Below, one piece after another: positions 49,652 to 59,625 of a DNA stretch of 64,000 nucleotides. Positions within the stretch are counted from its first letter, which is position 1; every line of letters begins with the position of its first letter. The notes under the pieces were generated by a model that had not been told where the DNA came from, did not search any database, and saw only the letters and a program-made list of their open reading frames with translations. The stretch spans positions 1,248,001 to 1,312,000 of the forward strand of contig CAXXSR010000001.1 in the NCBI GenBank assembly GCA_963662615.2, given 5' to 3'. The stretch comes from Dehalococcoidia bacterium. GTDB lineage: Bacteria > Chloroflexota > Dehalococcoidia > Bin125. Both the position numbers and the translations under genes were made by a program.

Positions 49652-49700
49652 CGGGGTGGGCGCGGCGGTCGCGCTCCGCCGGCTCCAACGGCTCTCTGAG

Positions 49701-50711
49701 TCAGAGCGGGGGAACCGGTGCGCAGCGACGGGCACGTGGCTCGACGGGAGTCGGGGACTGGATCCAGTCCCACGCGCTTGCCACGGCGTCCAGGAAGCTG
49801 AGCTTCGGGCGCCAACGCAGGGCGGTCGCCGCCTTCGCAACGTCAGCGACGAGGATCGGCGGGTCTCCGGGCCTCGGCGGACAGTCCTCCACCTCCAGGT
49901 CCAGGCCGGTCACCTTCTGCACCGCGACGATCACCTCCCGTACGCTGGTGGGCGTGCCGCTGCCCAAATTCACTGCCGTGCTGGCGCCTCCTTCGCGGAG
50001 ATAGCGCAGTGCGGCCTGGTGACCGTGCACCAAGTCAACGACATGCACATAGTCGCGAATGCAGGTGCCGTCCGGGGTTGGGAAATCTGTTCCAAACACC
50101 CGGGCCCGCTCGCCGCGCGCGGCCGCTTGGAGCAGGCACGGGATCAGATGCGACTCGGGCTCGTGCGCTTCGCCGGTGCCGTACCCGGCGCCGGCGACAT
50201 TGAAGTATCGCAGGCTGACGAAGCGGAGTTCGCTTCCGTCGGCCCACCGCTCCAGCAGCTGTTCCACCATGAGCTTGCTCAGTCCGTACGGACTGAGCGG
50301 GCGCAGGGGTGCATCTTCGCGAAGGGGAAGCTCCACGGGAGTCCCGTAGACCGCTGCCGTGGAGGAAAACACAAACTCGCGAACGCCGGCCTGACGCGCC
50401 GCCAGGATCAGGTTGGCGCTCCGCGCCGTATTGGCCTCGAAGTATCTCTCGGGACACTGGACCGACTCGCTCACCACGGCATAGCCGGCGAAATGGAAGA
50501 TCGACTCGATCGCGTACCGCCGTAACAGAGCGAACAGCCGCTCGCTGCTTCCCAAATCGTCACGAATGACCGGCACCCCGGACGGAATCGCCGCCGCGCG
50601 CCCTCGCTCGAGCGAATCCAGGACGACCACCTCTGCTTCGGGGTCCTCGTGGAGGAAGCGCGTCATATGGGAGCCAATGTAGCCCCCACCTCCCGTCACC
50701 AGAATTGCCAC
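49701..50711 (-). CDS. galE: UDP-glucose 4-epimerase
   Basis: TGGGGYIGSH, FSSTAAVYG, YGLSK, LRYFNVAGA, DGTCIRDYVHV. Confidence 0.95.
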   Translation of the reverse strand: MAILVTGGGGYIGSHMTRFLHEDPEAEVVVLDSLERGRAAAIPSGVPVIRDDLGSSERLFALLRRYAIESIFHFAGYAVVSESVQCPERYFEANTARSANLILAARQAGVREFVFSSTAAVYGTPVELPLREDAPLRPLSPYGLSKLMVEQLLERWADGSELRFVSLRYFNVAGAGYGTGEAHEPESHLIPCLLQAAARGERARVFGTDFPTPDGTCIRDYVHVVDLVHGHQAALRYLREGGASTAVNLGSGTPTSVREVIVAVQKVTGLDLEVEDCPPRPGDPPILVADVAKAATALRWRPKLSFLDAVASAWDWIQSPTPVEPRARRCAPVPPL

Positions 50712-50727
50712 CGCAGCCTCGTTCCCG

Positions 50728-51972
50728 CTACGCGGCCAGTTTCCGCTCCGCCTCGCTCAACCGATCGATGCGCGGAGCGGGCCGAGCCATCGATCGAAAC
50801 AGGTGCGACGCCACCAACGACGTCATGAAACCGAGCCACACCGTCCCCGCCCCCGCAATCATCAAGCTGTGGGACAAGGATGCGAGGGATACGGTTGGCC
50901 CTACCGCGCCCCCCTCGCCATTCACTACCAGCAAGGCAAGGCGGATGCCCACCCCGCTCAACCCGGCCAACGCGCCCACCAAGACGAGCCGGTTCGGCGA
51001 GAGCCAGCGCAGAAGCGTCCTCATGACCCGATCGGGGCGGCCCAGCCCGTCGCGGGCCGCCAGCTGCGCCGCCAACGCGCCAATGCCCAAGGCGTACAGC
51101 CCCAAGACCAGACAGACGGACGAAAGGAACACCGGCAGCGACGCCGAGCTACCGGCCACGACGCCCCCGCCGCTCACGAACGCCAGGACAGTCAAGGCGA
51201 TGCTCGCCATCAGTAATGTGAGCCCGGGGATGGTGAACAGCATCGTGGGGCTGGCCGCGAGAATCAATGACAGATGCCGCCAGCCATCACGAAACGTCGC
51301 CAGCTTCGCTTCTCCGCGCCGGACCCGGAGCGTCGCCGGCTGCTCCCGGATCACCAACTGCGATCGATAGGCCCGCAAGATCATCTCCGACGCCAGCTCC
51401 ATCCCGCTGGTCTGCAGATTGAGCCGCTCAAGGGCGGACCGCCGCAGCGCCCGCAGCCCGCACTGGCTATCGCCCAGCTTCGATCCGCAGGTCACGCGCA
51501 GCAGCGCCGACAACGCCGGCGTGCCAATGTAGCGGTGGCTCCAATCCATGGCCTCGGGGTCAATCCCGCCTCGGAATCGATTGCCCACGCACATGTCGGC
51601 GCCGGCGTCAAGGTCCAAGAGCATAGGCAGCGCGTCCTGGAACTGGTAGGTGGCGTCCCCGTCACCCATCACCACATAGCCGCCTTTGGCGGCCGCGAAT
51701 CCGGCGCGCAACGCCGCCCCGTATCCGCGCTCCTCCTCTCGGATCACCCGAGCGCCCAGCTCCTCAGCGATCTCAACCGAGCGATCGGTGGATCCGTTGT
51801 CCACCACGATCACCTCCCCGCCCGCGTCGAGCGAGGCGACGAGTTCCAGCGCCGATCCGATCGCGTCCGCCAGCGTCGGCTCTTCATTCAGGCACGGAAT
51901 AACCACCGAGACGGATTCTGCGAGCCTCGTTGATTTCGGCTGAGCTGAAGACTGCACGCGCAGAATCGCCAT
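50728..51972 (-). CDS. GT2 glycosyltransferase, polyprenol-phosphate sugar synthase-like, with C-terminal TM helices
   Basis: VVIPCLNEE, VDNGSTD, GYGAAL, DGDATY, DSQCGLRA, GME.ASEM, DGWRHL plus about four TM segments. Confidence 0.9.
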   Translation of the reverse strand: MAILRVQSSAQPKSTRLAESVSVVIPCLNEEPTLADAIGSALELVASLDAGGEVIVVDNGSTDRSVEIAEELGARVIREEERGYGAALRAGFAAAKGGYVVMGDGDATYQFQDALPMLLDLDAGADMCVGNRFRGGIDPEAMDWSHRYIGTPALSALLRVTCGSKLGDSQCGLRALRRSALERLNLQTSGMELASEMILRAYRSQLVIREQPATLRVRRGEAKLATFRDGWRHLSLILAASPTMLFTIPGLTLLMASIALTVLAFVSGGGVVAGSSASLPVFLSSVCLVLGLYALGIGALAAQLAARDGLGRPDRVMRTLLRWLSPNRLVLVGALAGLSGVGIRLALLVVNGEGGAVGPTVSLASLSHSLMIAGAGTVWLGFMTSLVASHLFRSMARPAPRIDRLSEAERKLAA

Positions 51973-52137
51973 GGGGCACCTATCCTCCCACGCAATTTTA
52001 GGTGTCTCCCGTACCGCCCGAAATCAGCAATTCCCCTACCCCGAAACGGCGATGTGCTTGAGGATGCCCGCTGAGAAGATCCGGCCATGCAACACGGCGT
52101 CCCCGCGGCGGCGTGGTAGCTGGGCTGGGAATAGCAA

Positions 52138-53271
52138 ATGCGCGTCCTTGCCTTTAGCGATGTCGCGCTGCCCGAGGGCGACGGCGGCGTCGAGCGGACG
52201 TTGGCTGAGATCTATCCGCGCATCGTCGCGCCTGGGGCCACCCGGGTGCGACTGCTCACCATGGCGGCGCCGCAGGCGCCGCCGCGCGAAGTGCGTGACG
52301 GCGTCGAGATCGTACGGGCGCGCCGGCTTGACCTCGGGAGCGTGACGGGAGCGCAGACGGCGCTGTCGTGGCAGATGTGGCAGCGCGCTTCCCAATCGGC
52401 GCGGGAGTTCCGCCCGGACCTGCTCCACGCCCACACGCTCTTCTTCCACTCTTCCTTGGTTGCCGCCGCCGTGGCGCGACGGCTGCGGCTGCCCCTGCTC
52501 CTCACCCTCCACATCGGCTCCACCGCGGCCCTGCCCCAGCCGCACCGATTCGCCACGCAATGCTACGAACGCACCCTCGGTCGTGTGCTCCTCCGTGTGG
52601 CCCAACGGATCATCTGCGTGAGCGACGACGTGCGCCGTCACGCCCTCTCCCTCGGCGCCCCGCCCTCCAAGCTCACCGTGATCCCCAACGGGGTGGACCT
52701 CGCCGACTACCAGCCTGCTCCCCGTCCCCCCCGCGCCGTGCCCGTGGCGCTGTGCGTGGGGCGATTGATCTTCAACAAGGGGCAGCGCTTTCTCCTCGAC
52801 GCCACCGCGCGCCTGCGCGACGAAGGCGCTCCGCTGCGCGTCCGCTTCGCCGGCGACGGGCCCGCGGCCACCGCGCTGCGCGCCCGCACCCGGGCGCTGG
52901 GACTCACCGATCGAGTCGAATTCCTCGGCCACCAGGACAACGTCGCTGCCCTCCTCGCCGACGCCGACATCTTCGTCCGGCCCTCTCTCACCGACGGCAT
53001 GTCGCTCGCCGTCCTGGAAGCGCTCGCCTCGGGCCTGCCCGTTGTGGCGACCGACGTCAGCGGCACGCGCGAACTGATCGGGGACGGCGCTGCAGGGATC
53101 GTCGTCCCACCCGCGTCCACGGCTGAGCTGGCGCAAGCGCTGCAAGTGCTGGCCCAAGACCCCCAGCGGCGCCTGCGGATGGGCGCGCGTGCGCGCGAAC
53201 GCGCTCTCGCCTTCGACTGGGCCTCCGTCGCCGCACGGACCCACCGAGAGATGACCGATGTCTGTGCCTGA
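52138..53271 (+). CDS. GT4 (GT-B fold) glycosyltransferase
   Basis: GGVER, LHAH, IPNGVD, GRL..NKG, LEALASGLPVVATDVSG. Confidence 0.93.
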   Translation: MRVLAFSDVALPEGDGGVERTLAEIYPRIVAPGATRVRLLTMAAPQAPPREVRDGVEIVRARRLDLGSVTGAQTALSWQMWQRASQSAREFRPDLLHAHTLFFHSSLVAAAVARRLRLPLLLTLHIGSTAALPQPHRFATQCYERTLGRVLLRVAQRIICVSDDVRRHALSLGAPPSKLTVIPNGVDLADYQPAPRPPRAVPVALCVGRLIFNKGQRFLLDATARLRDEGAPLRVRFAGDGPAATALRARTRALGLTDRVEFLGHQDNVAALLADADIFVRPSLTDGMSLAVLEALASGLPVVATDVSGTRELIGDGAAGIVVPPASTAELAQALQVLAQDPQRRLRMGARARERALAFDWASVAARTHREMTDVCA

Positions 53272-54292
53272 CCGCCCTCTCCGCGTCGGCATCATCGGGA
53301 CCGGCTGGGTGGCCGGCGACCGCCACTTCCCCGCCTACAAGCGGCACCCGGGGGCACATGTCGTGGCGATCTACGACCGCAACCGCGCGACCGCGGATCG
53401 CTTCGCGACCGCCCGCAAGGTCCCGTACGCCACGGACAATTTCACCGACTTCCTGCGCCAGGACCTCGACTTGGTGAGTATCTGCACACCTCCCATCGTG
53501 CATCACGAGCACTGCCTCGCCGCCTTGGAAGCCGGCTGCCACGTCTTCCTGGAAAAGCCCATGGCGATGAATGCGGACGACGCCCGCGCCATGATCGCGG
53601 CCGCCGCGCAACACGACCGCCTCCTCTGCGTCTCGCACAACTTCCTCCACAGCCGTTCCATGCGCCGCCTGCAGCGGGTGCTGGCGTCGGGTGAGGTAGG
53701 CCCCATCCAGCTCGTGATGGGCATGCAGTCCAGCAGCCCGCGCCGCCGCCTCCCGCAGTGGTACGGGGAGCTTCCCGGCGGCCTCTTCTTCGACGAGTCG
53801 CCGCACATGCTCTATCTCGTCCGCGGAGTGCTGGGCGACGCGGAGGTCGAGTTCGCCACCGCCTCTGCGGCCGCGACGGGCGCACAGCAGCCGCTCTCCA
53901 CCGTGCACATTGCTCTGCGCGCCGGAACGGTGCCGGCAACGTTGACCATGACCTTCGAGTCCGCTGTCTCTGAATGGCACTTCCTCATCTTCTGCCAACG
54001 CAAGATCCTCATGGCCGACCTCTTCCGCGACGTCGCCGTCGTCCTGGACCAGGACGGATCGCACCGCGCGATCGACGCCTTGCGCACCTCCTTTCGTGTC
54101 GGCGGTCAGCATCTCCTCCGTTTCGCTCAAAGCGGCGGCCATTGGCTGCGCGGCCGCCAGGATTGGGGGCATGGCCGCCTGATCCACCAAACGATCGATG
54201 CCGCGGCGAGTGGCGACCCCAGTCCGGTGCCGGTGGAGGACGCGCTCGCCGTGGTGCAGCTCACGGAGGAGGTGCTCGCACGAATGCGTTAG
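53258..54292 (+). CDS. Gfo/Idh/MocA family oxidoreductase
   Basis: VGIIGTG, ICTPP..H, HVFLEKP, GGLFFDE.PH. Confidence 0.92.
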   Translation: MSVPDRPLRVGIIGTGWVAGDRHFPAYKRHPGAHVVAIYDRNRATADRFATARKVPYATDNFTDFLRQDLDLVSICTPPIVHHEHCLAALEAGCHVFLEKPMAMNADDARAMIAAAAQHDRLLCVSHNFLHSRSMRRLQRVLASGEVGPIQLVMGMQSSSPRRRLPQWYGELPGGLFFDESPHMLYLVRGVLGDAEVEFATASAAATGAQQPLSTVHIALRAGTVPATLTMTFESAVSEWHFLIFCQRKILMADLFRDVAVVLDQDGSHRAIDALRTSFRVGGQHLLRFAQSGGHWLRGRQDWGHGRLIHQTIDAAASGDPSPVPVEDALAVVQLTEEVLARMR

Positions 54293-54336
54293 TCCTCACC
54301 CGCGTTCACCACCGCACCGCGCTTCCCGCCTGGGGG

Positions 54337-55803
54337 ATGCGTACCGTCGTTGAGCTGGGCCCGCTGGTCGCGGTGATCACGGCCCTGGCTCTTCGCCGCT
54401 GGTCCCAGACGGGCGCGTACCCCACTGGACTCGACGCAGGCAACTGGTTGGCCTACGGCGCGGACCTCTTCGACGGCGCCGGCAAGTCCACGGGCGGCAC
54501 CTACCCACCCTTAATCCCGGCGCTGCTCCACGTGCTTGCCCAGTGGTCCGACCCCGTGACCGCCGCGCGCCTCGTGAGCGTGCTCTCGATTGTGGTCGTG
54601 CTGGCCTCGACGTATTGGCTGACCCGCAAGTACTCAGGCCGCTGGATCGCCCTGGCGCTGGCCACCACAGTGGGGCTGTCCGGCTACCTCACCGAGACCG
54701 CCGCCTTCGGCGGTTATCCCCAGAACTTCGCGCTTGCCTTTCTGCTCCCGTTCGCGTACTTCAGCGCGTGCTATCTCCGCGCCGGCGCTCGCCGCGACCT
54801 GCTCGCCGCTGGCGGTTTCCTGGTCCTCGTTGCGCTGAGCCACCAACTCTATTTTGGCGTCGCGGCCGTCGTCGCTCTTGTGATCTGGCTCATCTGGCTC
54901 TCGCTGCGGCCGGGGTGGCGTCCCTTGATCGGCCGGACTGCAGGACTGGCGCTCGTCTGCCTCATCGGCGTGCTGACGTTCTTGCCTCCGTTCCTCATCA
55001 ACCGCGGTGAGGGCTTCAGTCCGCTGTTCAACGCGGCGAGCCTGAACTTTGGCAGCGTCTTGCACTACCCGTTCACGGAAGCCGTTTGGTTCTGGTGGAC
55101 GTTCATCGCCGTCTCCACGCTCTACCTCGCTCTCAATGTTCGCCGGCGATCCTCCGTCCTCTGGCAGACCAGCGCGGCGCTCGTGGCCGCCGGCCTGCTG
55201 GGAATGGCGCTCTCGGGCGAGCCCAGACTGGCCCTCGCGCTGATCGTGGGAGCGACGCTGGCCGCGGCAATTGCGCTGCAGGCCATCCTCACCAAGTCCC
55301 GCGGCACGATCGTTGCCAATCTCGCCATCCCGGCGGCGGTGGCGCTGCCGCTGCTCCTCCTGCCGCTCTCCGACACGCGCGCGCGCGACCTCTACAACTA
55401 TTACGGCATCGCCGATCGGTCGCTCATTGAAACGGCCGCTTGGGTGGACGCAGAGCACCAAGGCCGGACCGTGGCCGTGGCCCGCAACAAGGAGAGCTGG
55501 CCACTGGGCTGGTGGTTTGAGGGACTGACCGGGGCGGAGATCCTGGTGGGCTCCGACGAGCGCTGGCTCGGTTTCCCAGCGGAGCGTGAGGCCGCGCGTA
55601 TTGTCAATCGGTTCGTGGACCAGCCGCTCACCAGCGCGGAGGTGCGGGCACTCGCGCGGCAGTCCGGAGTCGAGCTATTGGTGGTCAAGCAGGCAGATTG
55701 GCCCATCTCGCGGATCTGGCAGTCGGGCGAGGATCCACTCCCCGTCGTGTTTACGGACGCCGGCGGCGGCGGTTTCACAATCTTTGACCTCGCCTCTCGC
55801 TAG
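54337..55803 (+). CDS. Multi-pass membrane protein, GT-C-like glycosyltransferase
   Basis: TM1 followed by a loop with PTGLDAGNW and YPPL, GGYPQ, about 10 TM helices and a soluble C-terminal domain. Start uncertain. Confidence 0.65.
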   Translation: MRTVVELGPLVAVITALALRRWSQTGAYPTGLDAGNWLAYGADLFDGAGKSTGGTYPPLIPALLHVLAQWSDPVTAARLVSVLSIVVVLASTYWLTRKYSGRWIALALATTVGLSGYLTETAAFGGYPQNFALAFLLPFAYFSACYLRAGARRDLLAAGGFLVLVALSHQLYFGVAAVVALVIWLIWLSLRPGWRPLIGRTAGLALVCLIGVLTFLPPFLINRGEGFSPLFNAASLNFGSVLHYPFTEAVWFWWTFIAVSTLYLALNVRRRSSVLWQTSAALVAAGLLGMALSGEPRLALALIVGATLAAAIALQAILTKSRGTIVANLAIPAAVALPLLLLPLSDTRARDLYNYYGIADRSLIETAAWVDAEHQGRTVAVARNKESWPLGWWFEGLTGAEILVGSDERWLGFPAEREAARIVNRFVDQPLTSAEVRALARQSGVELLVVKQADWPISRIWQSGEDPLPVVFTDAGGGGFTIFDLASR

Positions 55804-57019
55804 CGTCCGGCTCATCTGGGAGGATCACGGCGGCGGCGCGGCCTGGCTCACGGCCGGCATCGCCGTCACCTTTTTCCTTGGCCTGGCGCTTCAACTCCTG
55901 GGACTGCGATCGCTCAACAACGGGGACTATTCCACGTTCGTGCTCGCCCTGGGCATCGGCAACGCCGCCAACGCGCTGGCGGTGGCGATTCAACCGGTGG
56001 TGGCGGTACGGGCATCCTCGCGACAGCCCGCCTTCCTTCCGGGCCCGCTCCGCAGCATCCTCCTCGCCACTACGGTCGCGACGGGCGTCACCGTCGTGCT
56101 CCTGGCGGGGAGCATTGGGCCGCTCGGCGCGACTTTGGTCATGCTGCAGATCCCACTGCACGCCGTCGTGGGTGTGGGCCTGGGCCGCCTGCAGGCGGCG
56201 CGCTCCTTCCGCCGCATGGCCACCACCTTGGGGATCTGGTCCCTCGCCCGCATCACCATTGTCCTGCCCTTCGTAGCGGGCGGTGCGGAATCCGCCAACA
56301 TCTTTCTCGCCGGCCTGCCGGGCGCCCTGCTGGTCGAGATCGTTGTCCTCGCGCGCCTGGGCGCCTACCGCCAGGTCACGCTCGCGCCCGCGCGGGACGG
56401 CCGCCACCTTCTTCGCGCCTACGCCTTCTGGCTCCTCTTCGCCTGGCTTCTCAATCAGGACGTCGTCTGGGCGCGGCTGTTCCTGTCCCCGTCCGATGCC
56501 GACAGCTACGCGCTCGCTTTCACCTTGGGGCGCCAGCCGGTCTATGCCGTGGCCCCGCTCGTCAACGTCCTCCTGCCCGTGACGCTCGCGAGCCCATCGC
56601 TGCGCCTCCAGCGACGGCGTCTCTGGGCGATCCTTCTCGTCTCCGCGCTCCTCCTGGTCGCCAGCTTCGCCGTCTTCGGTGTCGCCCCGGCTCCCATCGC
56701 CAGACTGCTCACCGGCGACGCAACCTCGTTCGACGCAACCCTGATCCGCGGCTACGTCGCGGTCGGCGCGCTCACGGCCGCGGCCATGCTGCTCACCACG
56801 CAGCTCTTCGGCCTGGGCGCGATACCCCGCCTCCGCGTCCTAATCGTTCTAACCGCGCTCTCCGCTCTCGCCGCGCCGGTTGCCGCGGGGACCTCCGCGC
56901 TCTCGCTCTTGGCCGTCCAGGGCCTGATCATCGCCGCCCTCGTCGCCCTCTTCAGCATTCAGGGATTCAAAGCCACGTCGGCCGGGGAGTCAGCGTCGCC
57001 ATTCCGACGGGCGGCCTGA
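55784..57019 (+). CDS. Wzx/MOP-type flippase-like membrane protein
   Basis: About 12 hydrophobic segments; LRSLNNGDYSTF and NQDVVWARLFL..DADSYALA.TLGR resemble MOP-family halves. TTG start tentative. Confidence 0.7.
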   Translation: MTSPLASVRLIWEDHGGGAAWLTAGIAVTFFLGLALQLLGLRSLNNGDYSTFVLALGIGNAANALAVAIQPVVAVRASSRQPAFLPGPLRSILLATTVATGVTVVLLAGSIGPLGATLVMLQIPLHAVVGVGLGRLQAARSFRRMATTLGIWSLARITIVLPFVAGGAESANIFLAGLPGALLVEIVVLARLGAYRQVTLAPARDGRHLLRAYAFWLLFAWLLNQDVVWARLFLSPSDADSYALAFTLGRQPVYAVAPLVNVLLPVTLASPSLRLQRRRLWAILLVSALLLVASFAVFGVAPAPIARLLTGDATSFDATLIRGYVAVGALTAAAMLLTTQLFGLGAIPRLRVLIVLTALSALAAPVAAGTSALSLLAVQGLIIAALVALFSIQGFKATSAGESASPFRRAA

Positions 57020-57190
57020 CCCCGTGGACGAAGCGCTCGGCCCAGGCGTCAATCCCAGTCCGCCACCCGCCCCACCAGTGGGATGGAGAACCTGGAGAAA
57101 CTATCGCATTCCCTCATATCCGCCCTTGCGCCTCTTAGAGAACGATAGAGACGAATCCAAACGGCACGTGGGCTGAGACGAGGGATCTAG

Positions 57191-58384
57191 ATGATTCGAA
57201 CGGTGCGGTCGTCAGGCATCTTTCTGATTGGAATTTTCGCCGCCTTGGTGGCGCTCATCGTCGCGCAGACCGTCACCGTCAGTGGCGACGAGGGCATCAG
57301 GGTTGCGGGCTACGAGGTCAGCCCAACGACGGACGGCACCGATCCCACCGCGGAACTCGACGGCACCACTGCCGGCTCCGGCACGATCGTTGAAGCGGAC
57401 TTCACCCTCGTCACTGACGATGGCAGCCTCACGGTCAACGTTGACGCGGGCAGCGCCGATACGGGGACCACGGTCGAGGTCCAGAGTTTCAGCGGCGAGA
57501 ACACCCTGAGCGAGCTGGCGCAAGTCACCAGCACCTCCACTGGCACGTCATCCACCGACGCGTCGTCCCCTGACGCACCCACGCGCCAAATCATTGCGGC
57601 CTACGAGATCAGTTTCAACGCCTCTCCGTCCGCCGGGTCCAACGAGCAACCTGGGACGGGTGACGTCGGAGTCCAGCTTTCGGAGCCGGTGGAGCTGACG
57701 TTCGACCTGGGCGCCATCGGGGTCGCCGGACTGCGCGCGGCAGCGCTGGCAACGGCGCAGGCGCCCTCCATCGCCCGCTGGAACGGATCTCGCTGGTTCG
57801 ACCTGCCGACCATCGTCGACCGCGAGTCCAACACCGCCACCGCGTTCATCGAGGCGGGCGGCCTCTACGCAGCGTTCTTGCGCGACCTAGAGACGCACGT
57901 GGTCGGATCCGGCCTCACGGCGATTCCCTTCGCAGGCGCGAACGGAACCGGCGTGGCCCTGGCCTTCGCCGACAGCGGCGGCATCGCCTCCTTCTTCAGC
58001 TTTGACGCAACATCGGGACAGTACCGCAGCTTCAACCCGGGCGCCCCGGGGACACTGAGCGCCGTCAGCGAGTTCGATCCGGTCTTCGTCAGTGCCCCCG
58101 CCGCTGGGAGCTGGACGCAGTTCGCGCCGATCTACCGGGCCCGGACCGTGGCCGTGCTACCGGGCCTGGACTTCGTCACCTACACCGGCGCGAACGTCTC
58201 CGTCGATGCCCTGACCATCGATGGCGCCTGGACGGCCGGCTGGCTCTGGGACAACGAGTCCGACCGATGGCCGGGCTTCTTCCCCCAGTGGGTGCCCTCG
58301 ATCGTCAATAGCGTCCAGACGCTCCAGACCGGCGACATCGTAGTGATCGTCAGTCCCTCCGGAGCCACCTGGGCCATGCCGTAG
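57191..58384 (+). CDS. Secreted acidic Ser/Thr-rich surface protein with duplicated C-terminal domain
   Basis: GAGGGA SD, N-terminal hydrophobic signal, Thr/Ser-rich linkers, two ~75-aa C-terminal repeats. Confidence 0.75.
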   Translation: MIRTVRSSGIFLIGIFAALVALIVAQTVTVSGDEGIRVAGYEVSPTTDGTDPTAELDGTTAGSGTIVEADFTLVTDDGSLTVNVDAGSADTGTTVEVQSFSGENTLSELAQVTSTSTGTSSTDASSPDAPTRQIIAAYEISFNASPSAGSNEQPGTGDVGVQLSEPVELTFDLGAIGVAGLRAAALATAQAPSIARWNGSRWFDLPTIVDRESNTATAFIEAGGLYAAFLRDLETHVVGSGLTAIPFAGANGTGVALAFADSGGIASFFSFDATSGQYRSFNPGAPGTLSAVSEFDPVFVSAPAAGSWTQFAPIYRARTVAVLPGLDFVTYTGANVSVDALTIDGAWTAGWLWDNESDRWPGFFPQWVPSIVNSVQTLQTGDIVVIVSPSGATWAMP

Positions 58385-58471
58385 CGCGCGCCTCAGCGGG
58401 ACCGGGCCGGCCCTGAGGCATCTTCGGCTCGGTCCCGCCATTCAGAAGCGCAGGACGGCCACTGGAGCGTG

Positions 58472-59557
58472 ATGAAAGCGGTCCTGCTCTGCGCCGGCAA
58501 GGGCACCCGTCTGGCGCCCCTCACGCACACCCGGCCGAAACACGATCTTCCACTCAGCAACCGGCCTCTCATCGCGCACCTGTTCGACGCTTGCCGCCGG
58601 CTGGGCCTCTCCGAGGTCATCGTGGTGCTCCATCCCACGCTGGCCCCCGGCGCTGACGAGCTAGCCCAACACGCCGATGGCCTCGTCCTCCACGCGGCTT
58701 ACCAGGACGAACCGAACGGGCTGGCTGACGCCGTCCGAACCGCGGCGCCCTTTCTGGGCGTGGATCGTTTCCTCTTGCTTCTCGGCGACACGCTCCTGAC
58801 AGACGCCGCCATCCGGCAGGTGGCCCAGACCCTCCACGAGCCGGGCTCAAAAATCTACGTCCAGCCGGTGGAGAATCCGTGCCAGTACGGCGTCGCCGTC
58901 GTCCGCGGCGGGCAGGTCGTGCGGCTGTTGGAGAAACCGCAGCGTCCTCCCTCCAACCTCGCCCTCGTCGGCCTCTATCAGTTGGAGCCGTCCATCTTCC
59001 CTGCGATCGAACGGATTCAACCGTCCCCCCGTGGGGAACTGGAGATCACCGATGCGATCGACCGGCTTGTCCAAGACGGCGAGCGCGTCGAAGCGGTTGA
59101 GCTTGCCGGTCGCTGGCTGGATTGCGGCAGCCTCGACGGCGCGCTGGAGGCGAATCGCGCCGTCCTGGATCGGCTCGGCGCGCCGAACGACATGCGCACG
59201 CGGGAGCCGGCCCACCGTCCCGCTCGTGGAACGTGCCGCATCACGCCGCCGGTCGCCATCGGTCCCAACGTCGTCTTGGAAGACTGCGAGGTCGGCCCCT
59301 ATGCCTCCATCGGCGCCGGCTGCGTCATCCGCGGCGGCGCGATTACGAACAGCATTGTGCTGGAAGGCGCATCGATCGAGAATGCCTGCTGCCAGAACGC
59401 GATCGTGGGAGCAAGAGCGCGCATCGTTGGCGGGGAGGGCTCGCGCCTGATCGCCGATCGCATCCTCGGCGACGAGGAGGTCGTCGAGCCCACGCCTCTC
59501 CTCTCGCTTGCCGGATCCCGCGGCCGCGTCGACGACGACTCAGAGAGTCGCGAATAG
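58472..59557 (+). CDS. Sugar-phosphate nucleotidyltransferase (long-form glucose-1-phosphate thymidylyltransferase-like)
   Basis: AGKGTRLAPLT..RPK, LGD, EKP, SPRGELEITDA, WLDCG, C-terminal hexapeptide repeats. Confidence 0.9.
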   Translation: MKAVLLCAGKGTRLAPLTHTRPKHDLPLSNRPLIAHLFDACRRLGLSEVIVVLHPTLAPGADELAQHADGLVLHAAYQDEPNGLADAVRTAAPFLGVDRFLLLLGDTLLTDAAIRQVAQTLHEPGSKIYVQPVENPCQYGVAVVRGGQVVRLLEKPQRPPSNLALVGLYQLEPSIFPAIERIQPSPRGELEITDAIDRLVQDGERVEAVELAGRWLDCGSLDGALEANRAVLDRLGAPNDMRTREPAHRPARGTCRITPPVAIGPNVVLEDCEVGPYASIGAGCVIRGGAITNSIVLEGASIENACCQNAIVGARARIVGGEGSRLIADRILGDEEVVEPTPLLSLAGSRGRVDDDSESRE

Positions 59558-59625
59558 CTTGTTCCCGTTCGCATCCTTGCGCTAGACTGGCGCCTCCTTG
59601 CGACGCAGCTGAGGAGAAGGATCTG

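Noticed and set aside
44037-59557. Integrative island at tRNA-Asp
   Set aside because: No integrase or transposase and no duplicated tRNA 3' end seen; any compositional shift was not computed.
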